DNA from: Burkholderiales bacterium
Lineage (GTDB): Bacteria > Pseudomonadota > Gammaproteobacteria > Burkholderiales > Casimicrobiaceae
Assembly (NCBI GenBank): GCA_043721275.1
Contig: JAYSRA010000039.1
Span: forward strand, 21,401 to 85,400
DNA length: 64,000 nucleotides
Direction: 5' to 3'
Part shown: positions 36,900-44,524 of the stretch, piece after piece
Layout of the letters: each line of letters begins with the position of its first letter
How positions within the stretch are numbered: position 1 is the stretch's first letter
Notes under the pieces: generated by a model
Databases searched by the model: none
What the model saw: only the letters and a program-made list of their open reading frames with translations
What the model was told of the DNA's origin: nothing
Made by a program: the position numbers and the translations under genes

Positions 36900-37947
36900 G
36901 CTAGAGCCGCGTCCGCAAGCGTCAAAATTCTGGAGCATTGCTTCACCGCTACTCGCGCTCGCGATCACGGTGTTGATCGGTATCGCCATCTTCATGTTGA
37001 TGGGCAAAGATCCGGTGAAAGGCTTGCTGGTGTTTTTCTGGGAGCCGATCAAGTCGGGCTACGCGCTCTCGGAGTTAGCGGTGAAGGCCACGCCGTTGTT
37101 GCTGATCGCTTTAGGGCTCGCGGTGTGCTTTCGTTCTAACGTGTGGAACATTGGGGCCGAGGGCCAGTTTGTGCTCGGCGCGATTGCTGCGGGCGGCGTG
37201 GCGCTGCTGGCGGATGCGTCAACCGGGCCGTGGATCGTGCCGCTGATATTGCTCGCGGGCGCGCTCGGCGGCATGCTCTGGGCGGGCATCGTTGCGCTAT
37301 TGCGCGACCGCTTTAATGCCAACGAGATTCTGGTGAGCTTAATGCTGGTGTATGTCGCCACCATGATCCTTTCGTATCTGGTTTCGGGCCCATGGAAAGA
37401 CCCGAACGGCTATAACTTTCCGCAATCAAAAACCTTTGAAAAAGTGGCGCAAATTCCGCGCTTGTTTGACGGCTCACGGGTGAACATTGGCTTGCCGATT
37501 GCGCTGTTCGGTGTGCTGGCGCTGTGGATTTATATGTTTCGCACCTACATGGGTTTTCAATTGCAGGTGGGTGGCTTGGCACCGGCTGCGGCGCGCTACG
37601 CGGGCTTCTCGTCGCGTCGCGCGCTGTGGACGGCGCTGATGATTTCGGGCGGTCTGGCGGGGCTCGCGGGCGGGCTAGAGGTGGCGGGCCCGATTGGGCA
37701 ACTCACGCCATATGTTCCGGTTGGCTACGGCTTCGCGGCCATCATCGTGGCCTTCGTTGGGCGCTTGCACCCGGTGGGCATTGTCCTCGCTGCAATCTTG
37801 ATGAGCATGTTCTATATCGGCGGTGAACTCGCGCAGTCTAGGCTCGGATTGTCAAAGTCTTTAACCGGCGTGTTTCAAGGCTTGCTGCTGTTCACCTTGC
37901 TCGCGTGTGACACGTTGATTGCGTATCGCGTGAGGTTTAAAAAATGA
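36856..37947 (+). CDS. ABC transporter permease
   Basis: Multi-pass membrane protein (NIGAEGQFVLGAIAA...) in an operon with the ATPase. The start is uncertain (36856 or 36868). Confidence 0.8.
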   Translation: MGCGMPHPLEQRLFKLEPRPQASKFWSIASPLLALAITVLIGIAIFMLMGKDPVKGLLVFFWEPIKSGYALSELAVKATPLLLIALGLAVCFRSNVWNIGAEGQFVLGAIAAGGVALLADASTGPWIVPLILLAGALGGMLWAGIVALLRDRFNANEILVSLMLVYVATMILSYLVSGPWKDPNGYNFPQSKTFEKVAQIPRLFDGSRVNIGLPIALFGVLALWIYMFRTYMGFQLQVGGLAPAAARYAGFSSRRALWTALMISGGLAGLAGGLEVAGPIGQLTPYVPVGYGFAAIIVAFVGRLHPVGIVLAAILMSMFYIGGELAQSRLGLSKSLTGVFQGLLLFTLLACDTLIAYRVRFKK

Positions 37948-38864
37948 ACGAATTGGCGCTGCTGATTGCGGCCACCTTGAACGCGGGTACGGTACTGGCG
38001 ATTGCCGCACTCGGCCTGCTGATCAACGAGAAATCCGGCATCGTTAATCTTGGTGCCGAAGGCATGATGCTGTGCGCGGCGATGGCGGGTTTTGCCACCG
38101 TCGTGCACACCGGTAGCGACACGCTGGGCTTTGCGGCGGGCATGGTGGCGGGCGCGTTGCTCGCGGGCGTGTTTGGCGTGCTGGTGATTTGGCTGAACAG
38201 CAATCAATATGCAACGGGCCTCGCGCTGTCGCTATTCGGCGCGGGCTTTGCGGCGTTTGTTGGCGTCGGTTACGTGCAAGAAAAAATCCCCGAGCGCGTT
38301 AATTTTTCGATCCCTTTCTTGGCGGACATTCCGTTCCTCGGCACCGCACTTTTTCAGCAACATCCGGTGGTGTATCTCGCGATGTTGCTCGCCGCGGGCA
38401 TCGTCTGGTTTTTGTTCAAAACGCGCGCGGGGTTGGTGCTGCGCTCGGTGGGTGAGAGCCCGGAGTCGGCGCATGCGCTGGGCTATCCGGTGCGACGCAT
38501 TCGCTTGCTGGCGGTGATGTTTGGCGGCGCACTGTGCGGCCTAGCGGGCGCGTATTTGTCGATCATCTACACCCCGTCGTGGGTCGAAGGCATGGTCGCA
38601 GGCAAAGGCTGGATTGCACTGGCGCTGACCACGTTCGCCACATGGCGGCCCGTGCGGGTGCTTTTTGGTGCGTACCTGTTTGGCGGCGTGACCATGATGC
38701 AGTTTCATTTGCAGAGCCAAGGCGTGGACGTGCCCAGCCAATTTCTGTCGATGGCACCGTATCTCGCAACCATCGTGGTGCTGGCACTAATTTCGCGTAA
38801 CCCAACCTGGATTCGCATCAACATGCCGGCATCAATGGGCAAGCCGTTTTATCCCGGCTCGTAG
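37944..38864 (+). CDS. ABC transporter permease
   Basis: SGIVNLGAEGMMLCAAMAGF... Its start overlaps the stop of the preceding permease gene. Confidence 0.8.
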   Translation: MNELALLIAATLNAGTVLAIAALGLLINEKSGIVNLGAEGMMLCAAMAGFATVVHTGSDTLGFAAGMVAGALLAGVFGVLVIWLNSNQYATGLALSLFGAGFAAFVGVGYVQEKIPERVNFSIPFLADIPFLGTALFQQHPVVYLAMLLAAGIVWFLFKTRAGLVLRSVGESPESAHALGYPVRRIRLLAVMFGGALCGLAGAYLSIIYTPSWVEGMVAGKGWIALALTTFATWRPVRVLFGAYLFGGVTMMQFHLQSQGVDVPSQFLSMAPYLATIVVLALISRNPTWIRINMPASMGKPFYPGS

Positions 38865-38921
38865 AATTCCGCTTTGAACGTCACTTTTTTTCTTAACTGC
38901 TTTTCAAAACGAGGGAACCTT

Positions 38922-40070
38922 ATGAACACGAAACGCACTTTACTCGCAGCCGGTGTGAGCGCCGCACTGCTGGCCACACTCGCTGGTTGCGGCAAAAAAG
39001 AAGACCCGAAAGCCGCCGCGCCCGCTGCGGCTCCCGCGCCTGCGGTCGCCGCAAAACCCGCGCCGCTGAAAATCGCGTTCGCGTATGTCGGCCCGGTCGG
39101 CGACGGTGGCTGGACGTTTGCGCACGACAATGCGCGCAAAGCAATCGACAAAGAATTTGGCGACAAGGTGGTCACGAGCTTTGTTGAAAACGTGCCCGAA
39201 AGCGCCGATGCGGAACGCGTGATCCGCGACCTCGCAAGCCAAGGCAACAAGCTTATTTTTGGCACCACGTTTGGCTACATGGAGCCGATGTTGAAGTTGG
39301 CACCCGATTTCAAAGACGTGAAGTTTGAGCACGCCACCGGTTACAAAACCGCTGAAAACATGCGCACCTACGACAGCCGCACGTATGAAGGTGCGTACAT
39401 GGCCGGTGTGATCGCGGGCAAGATGACCAAGAGCAACACGCTCGGCGTGGTCGGCTCGATTCCAATCCCGGAGGTTATCCGCAACATCAATAGTTTCACC
39501 ATGGGCGCGCAAAGCGTGAACCCAAAAATCAAAACCAAAGTGGTGTGGGTGAACTCATGGTTTGATAAACCGAAAGAAACCGAAGCGGCCACCGCACTCA
39601 TCAATGGTGGAGCCGACGTGTTGATGCAAAACACCGACTCGCCCGCGGTGTTGCAGACGGCCGAAAAAATGGGCAAACGAGCATTCGGTTGGGACAGCGA
39701 CATGACCGGTTACGGCCCTAAAGCGCACTTGGGCTCGGCCATCATCAACTGGGCACCGTACTACATCAAAGCCACCCGCGAAACGCTCGACGGCAAATGG
39801 GCCACCGGATCAAGCTGGTGGGGCGTGAAAGACGGCGCCATCGACATGGTGTCCATCGCCTCCGACGTGCCCGCTGAAACCAAAGCAAAAATCGACGAAA
39901 TCAAAGCAGGCCTGAAAGCCGGTACTTTCCATCCGTGGACCGGCCCGATTGTCGGCCAAGACGGCAAAGAGTTGCTCGCCAAAGGCGTGGTCGCCGACGA
40001 CAAATTCCTAAGCGGCGTGAAGTTCTACGTCAAAGGCGTTGAGGGCAAAGTGCCGGGCGACGGCAAATAA
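38922..40070 (+). CDS. BMP-family ABC transporter substrate-binding lipoprotein
   Basis: Lipobox LATLAGC, and KIAFAYVGPVGDGGWTFAHDNARK...GTTFGYM typical of Bmp/PnrA-like purine-nucleoside binders. Confidence 0.8.
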   Translation: MNTKRTLLAAGVSAALLATLAGCGKKEDPKAAAPAAAPAPAVAAKPAPLKIAFAYVGPVGDGGWTFAHDNARKAIDKEFGDKVVTSFVENVPESADAERVIRDLASQGNKLIFGTTFGYMEPMLKLAPDFKDVKFEHATGYKTAENMRTYDSRTYEGAYMAGVIAGKMTKSNTLGVVGSIPIPEVIRNINSFTMGAQSVNPKIKTKVVWVNSWFDKPKETEAATALINGGADVLMQNTDSPAVLQTAEKMGKRAFGWDSDMTGYGPKAHLGSAIINWAPYYIKATRETLDGKWATGSSWWGVKDGAIDMVSIASDVPAETKAKIDEIKAGLKAGTFHPWTGPIVGQDGKELLAKGVVADDKFLSGVKFYVKGVEGKVPGDGK

Positions 40071-40104
40071 TTCGTCATCCGCGCACGCAGCCTTGGCTGC
40101 AAAA

Positions 40105-40130
40105 AGGCCGCCTTTGGGTGGCCTTTTTTT
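40105..40130. terminator. bidirectional rho-independent terminator between the BMP gene and fic
   Basis: aaaaAGGCCGCC tttg GGTGGCCTttttttt: the stem is flanked by an A-run and a T-run. Confidence 0.65.
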
Positions 40131-40142
40131 ATGCGACAAATC

Positions 40143-41339
40143 TCAAGAACTCGCCATCAACGGCTGTCGCAAATCATTGTCTGGTTTCAGCAGCAGCGTG
40201 AGCACCTCATGCGCCGAGTACACCTTGCCCCAGTTGCGCCCCGTGATCTCGCGCAGAATGCCTGCCGCCTCCAGCGTTGCGATAGCTTGCCGCGCCGATG
40301 GGTCTGATCGGCTCGTCACAAGCGCTGCGCGTTTGGCATCCATCAGCGGATTCACAAACAAGGCGTCCACCAGTTTGATCACACCGGCTTGCCCCACAAA
40401 ACGTTCGCGCCAGGCGTCGCGCAAATCGTTGAGCGCCGTCACCTGCTGTGCGGCCATTCTCGCTGTGATTTCTACGCCAAGCAGAAAGTATTCGAGCCAG
40501 CCCGCCCAGTCGCCGTGCGTCCGGGTGCGCTGCAAGCGTTCGTAATATTCCTGTTTGTTGGCCTCAATGTAGGCCGACAGATACAAAAGCGGTTGCGACA
40601 GGCGTTCGCGCTCGACCAGCAGCAAGGTGATCAACAAGCGGCCCACGCGGCCGTTACCATCCGCGAACGGGTGAATCGTCTCAAACTGCGCATGCATCAG
40701 CGCGCAATCGATCAAGTCCGGCGCATCGCGAACGTGAAGGTGGCGCTCCCACGCATCAAGACAAACCAGCATCCGGTCGGGCGGTGGCGGCACAAATGAC
40801 GCCGTCTCGATGCGGCTGCCTGACACGCCAATATAGTTTTGGTGGCGGCGAAATTCGCCGGGGTTTTTGTCGCCGCCGCGCACGCCGGTCATCAATTGTG
40901 CATGCAGCTCGCGCACCAAACGCAACGACACCGGCAGCGCCGACAGCCGTCGCAACCCGTGCTCCATCGCCAGCACATAGTTGCGCACTTCGGGCGCGTC
41001 ATTGCCTGGGTTTGTGTCGTCGGTGCGAGCGGGCTTGTCGCGGGCATCCTGCAACTCGTCCTGAAACAAGTCCGACAGGCTCGCCTGCGTGCCCTCAATG
41101 CGCGAAGACAGCACCGCCTCCTGCCGCAGGTACGGCGCAATCAGCAAATGCGGGTTCAGCATCTTTCGGCCCAGACCTGACAACTCCCCCAACGCCGCGT
41201 CCGCAGCGGACAATCGCTTCACCAGCCGTGGCGTGTATTCGATGGCGGGCGGCAACGGAGCCGGAACAAACGCCCACGCACCCTGCGGCGACTGCACCAG
41301 CTCGCCAGCAGCGGGGGCAACAAAGCTTTCAAAGCGCAT
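40143..41339 (-). CDS. Fic family protein (class II, N-terminal inhibitory helix, C-terminal wHTH-like tail)
   Basis: Fic motif HPFADGNGRVGR; inhibitory-helix motif SSRIEGT upstream. Confidence 0.85.
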   Translation of the reverse strand: MRFESFVAPAAGELVQSPQGAWAFVPAPLPPAIEYTPRLVKRLSAADAALGELSGLGRKMLNPHLLIAPYLRQEAVLSSRIEGTQASLSDLFQDELQDARDKPARTDDTNPGNDAPEVRNYVLAMEHGLRRLSALPVSLRLVRELHAQLMTGVRGGDKNPGEFRRHQNYIGVSGSRIETASFVPPPPDRMLVCLDAWERHLHVRDAPDLIDCALMHAQFETIHPFADGNGRVGRLLITLLLVERERLSQPLLYLSAYIEANKQEYYERLQRTRTHGDWAGWLEYFLLGVEITARMAAQQVTALNDLRDAWRERFVGQAGVIKLVDALFVNPLMDAKRAALVTSRSDPSARQAIATLEAAGILREITGRNWGKVYSAHEVLTLLLKPDNDLRQPLMASS

Positions 41340-41478
41340 AAAGAAATTAAAGTTTTTGCATAATTTATTGCAATGCCTCCATAATAATTAAACAACGCAT
41401 TACTTGTCACGCAGAAATTTAAGTTTCAGGCCGAATATTTTGAATATTCACGGTTCCCGCATCAGGCAGAATCGCTAA

Positions 41479-41868
41479 ATGCCCACACTAGACTGGCTCA
41501 ACCGCGCCGCCGCTTTTGATATCGCCAAAAAAAACGTCCCGTACCGACTGCTGGAGGCGGTGTCTGAGCATCGCGCAAACGTAACAGCACCAGACCTCAA
41601 AGCGTCATTGAATAAGGGCCAAGCAGCTGAAAACACCGAAAGTCGACCTGACCTGTTTTCGGCGCTTGAGCCCACGTTAAATAAGGTAGACAGCGAAAAG
41701 CCATTGCCTCCCGTAGAGCATGTAACCGTGCCCGCCACCGAAGACAACCTGCTCATTCAGGGCGACAATCTGGAGGCGCTGAAAGCCCTGCTGCCGTTCT
41801 ATCGCGGGCAGGTCAAATGCATCTTCATCGACCCGCCGTACAACACCAAAAGCGCGTTCGTGAAATAA
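41479..41868 (+). pseudogene. mod: 5' fragment (129 codons) of a type III-like Mod DNA methyltransferase, truncated just after motif IV
   Basis: MPTLDWLNR...VPYRLLE...NLLIQGDNLEALKALLPFYRGQVKCIFIDPPYNTKSAFVK*. The ORF stops 10 residues after DPPY. The TRD and the AdoMet motif (FxGxG), which follow motif IV in type III (beta-class) Mods, are absent. Confidence 0.7.
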
Positions 41869-42001
41869 GCATGATCAGGTAGCTCGCATGTTTAACCAGC
41901 GTTAACTAAAGCGGTCTGTTTGCCTCGATGCGCGGCACCAATTTTCTCGAATAAAGCACATCATTTAGAAGGTCGGCCCGCTTTGCACTGGATTAACATA
42001 C

Positions 42002-43198
42002 ATGTCAGCTCGTAGCCACCAACGCCAGCCCAACATGAAAAACGTCAGACAAATTTCCGGTGCGCCTGCCTTTCCAGTCGTCTCACTTTTTTCGGGTGCG
42101 ATGGGTCTGGATTTGGGTTTGGCCAAAGCGGGCCTGCACGTTTCGGTATCGCAGGATTTCGATAAGTGGAGTTGCCAGACCGTTGTCGCGAATGGCCACG
42201 TTGGCGTGCATGGCGACATTCGCGCGTTGATAGATGCTGATCCGTCGTGCCGGTTTTTACTGGATCCCGCGAAGCTCGACGCAGCCGATGTATTTGCGGT
42301 GGTCGGTGGGCCGCCGTGTCAGTCATTTTCAACGGCTGGCAAACGGCTCGGCGTTGACGATGTGCGCGGCACGTTGTACGAGCAATTTATTCATGTGGTG
42401 CGCACTGTCAATCCGCGTTTTTTCATTATGGAAAACGTGAAAGGGCTCGCCTCGATGCCCGCTTCGGCCGATTCGACTCGTACGCTGTTGTCGGTGATCA
42501 TCGAGCAATTTCGCGCGCTCGGGTATCACACCGTGCATGGCGTGCTCGACGCAGTTCACTATGGAGCGCCGCAATTTCGCGAGCGACTGGTGATCATTGG
42601 CAGTCGCGACAACGAGCCGATTTTTTTGCCCTCACCGACGCATTTTCATATGCATCAAAACCCCGACATGCGATGGCGCACGCTGGGCAGTGCCATCGCC
42701 GATTTGCAGGAAACGCCAGGCCCGTGTGCCAAGTTTTCGCCCAACATCGCGAAGTATCTCGGCATGGTGCCGGAGGGCGGAAACTGGCGTTCACTGCCGC
42801 AACATTTAACCGCAGAAGCGATGGGTGGTGCCTATGAATCGGGCGGTGGCAAAGTGGGGTTCTACCGGCGTCTGGCGTTTTGGCAGCCGTCTCCTACGCT
42901 CGTTACCAGCCCCATTCAGAAAGCCACGTTGCTGTGTCATCCCAGAGAGCTGCGACCGCTCTCTGTCAAGGAATATGCGCGCATTCAGGGCTTCCCTGAT
43001 TCATGGCAATTCAGCGGTAGCACTGCCGAGAGTTATCGCCAGATTGGTAACGCAGTGCCCGTGCCACTCGGCACGGCGCTTGGGCAAATGCTGATGTCGG
43101 TTGCTCTGGGCGACTCCGAGGTTCGCGTAAAGCGTATGCGCGGCACTTCTGTGCATGACACCATGAAGCAAATGTCGCTGGCGTTGGCGGGTGGTTAG
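42002..43198 (+). CDS. dcm: DNA (cytosine-5)-methyltransferase
   Basis: FSGAMGLDLG (I), GGPPCQSFSTAGKR (IV), ENVKGL (VI), QFRERLVIIG (VIII), GNAVPVPL (X). Confidence 0.9.
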   Translation: MSARSHQRQPNMKNVRQISGAPAFPVVSLFSGAMGLDLGLAKAGLHVSVSQDFDKWSCQTVVANGHVGVHGDIRALIDADPSCRFLLDPAKLDAADVFAVVGGPPCQSFSTAGKRLGVDDVRGTLYEQFIHVVRTVNPRFFIMENVKGLASMPASADSTRTLLSVIIEQFRALGYHTVHGVLDAVHYGAPQFRERLVIIGSRDNEPIFLPSPTHFHMHQNPDMRWRTLGSAIADLQETPGPCAKFSPNIAKYLGMVPEGGNWRSLPQHLTAEAMGGAYESGGGKVGFYRRLAFWQPSPTLVTSPIQKATLLCHPRELRPLSVKEYARIQGFPDSWQFSGSTAESYRQIGNAVPVPLGTALGQMLMSVALGDSEVRVKRMRGTSVHDTMKQMSLALAGG

Positions 43199-43979
43199 TC
43201 AGATGATTGCCAAGAAAAAACTTGATGCAAAGGTCGCAGAATTGCTTGCGGTTTTGTACGTGCGGCGGTTTGCGCAATTGCAGGCGTTGACCTTGACGAT
43301 GCTGTTGAACAAGAACCCGTATCTGTATCGGGCGATTGGCATTCAGCGGCCTGATCATTTTCTTGATGGATTGCTCGTCGCCCGAATTTCCAGCTCAGAC
43401 GAAACAATTTTCGGCAATGAATTTTTTGAACCACTCGCACTTTGGGCTGCGGAGCACGCGGAAATTTCTGGGCGCAAAGTATCGGTCGGCGCGGGTGCAG
43501 GTCAGGACATTTCTATCGAATCGGCCACGGAATATTTCGCGATTTCGGTGAAGTCTGGCAAGAACATCTTCAACTCTCAGAGCGACAAAGGCCAAAAGGC
43601 GGAATTCGATCAACTCGAAGCGCGATTGAAGAAGCTAAAGAAAGCCTTTCATAAGGTCGTTGGCTTCGGCTACGGACGTCAAGCGGCGCCGAAAGTTGCG
43701 ACGCCAGTCATGAAAAAAGCGGGGCAGGACTTCTGGGAGTTGCTGACCGGAGAGCCGGATTTCTACGTGCGAATTTCCGACGCCATCAGCAAGCCTGCTG
43801 CCGTTCACAAAGCAGCGTTTGACGAAATGTTGCTCAAGAAACACTCCGAATTGCTGCGGCAGTTCATGATTGATTTCGTCGATACGGATGGCACCGTGCG
43901 TTGGCAAAAGGTAGTGGAGTTCAATAGCGCGCGTGCTCGTCCTGGTCGCCCACGCGCCACGCAAAATACTCCGAGTTAA
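43191..43979 (+). CDS. putative type II restriction endonuclease (Eco47II/TdeIII-like), partner of the C5-MTase
   Basis: It overlaps the dcm stop. LLNKNPYLYRA...SSSDETIFGNEFFE...YFAISVKSGKNIFNSQSDKG resembles my recollection of the Eco47II/TdeIII (GGNCC) families; this is not verified. Confidence 0.5.
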   Translation: MVSQMIAKKKLDAKVAELLAVLYVRRFAQLQALTLTMLLNKNPYLYRAIGIQRPDHFLDGLLVARISSSDETIFGNEFFEPLALWAAEHAEISGRKVSVGAGAGQDISIESATEYFAISVKSGKNIFNSQSDKGQKAEFDQLEARLKKLKKAFHKVVGFGYGRQAAPKVATPVMKKAGQDFWELLTGEPDFYVRISDAISKPAAVHKAAFDEMLLKKHSELLRQFMIDFVDTDGTVRWQKVVEFNSARARPGRPRATQNTPS

Positions 43980-44197
43980 CCAGCTATCTGCCCTCTCGCA
44001 TCCACCGCGCCATAGGTCAATATCGCGCTAGCCCCCGCACGGCGGAACGCCACCAGTGTTTCCAGCAGGCGCTTTTTGTAGTCGAGCCAGCCATTCGTAT
44101 GCGCTGCTTTGAGCATCGCGAATTCGCCGCTCATTTGATGCACGGCCACCGGTATTTTGTATTCGTCTTTGACGCGGTCGACGAACGCGAGAAGACG
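43976..44197 (-). pseudogene. hemB: orphan 3' fragment of a second, divergent hemB (73 codons + stop)
   Basis: The minus-strand translation is [73 protein letters not shown]. It aligns to the resident hemB 3' end (47236-47440) at roughly 85% nt identity by hand (about 26 mismatches in 179 nt). Confidence 0.8.
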
Positions 44198-44361
44198 GCG
44201 TGGGGAACGTACTACACCAAGAAAAAACTGCCCTTTAAGGCGGTTTTAGAAGAATGAGGTGGCGGGGATATAGGAGCTTGCGAGTGGGTTGCCCCTTGCT
44301 CTACTTGCTCACACGGCATGAAGCCGAATTTTGTCCCAACCGAACATGATTTTATGTTTAA

Positions 44362-44390
44362 GCGGTTAGAAAGCAATGCTTTCTAACCGC
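44362..44390. repeat. perfect 14-bp inverted repeat with 1-nt spacer upstream of the Res-like gene
   Basis: GCGGTTAGAAAGCA a TGCTTTCTAACCGC. Confidence 0.85.
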
Positions 44391-44524
44391 GCGTTAAACA
44401 ACTCACTGTGTGAAATCGACTGCGTAGTGATTTTTGTCCTTTTAAATCAACGGCATAGCATTGTTTAACCGCCCATCGAAAATAGGCCATTTAAACAACT
44501 ATAAACAATTCACCGCCCCACACC

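Noticed and set aside
40039-40545. 168-aa plus-strand ORF overlapping the end of the BMP gene and the fic gene
   Set aside because: It is antisense to a well-supported Fic ORF, its translation is S/A/R/C-rich, and it spans a terminator.
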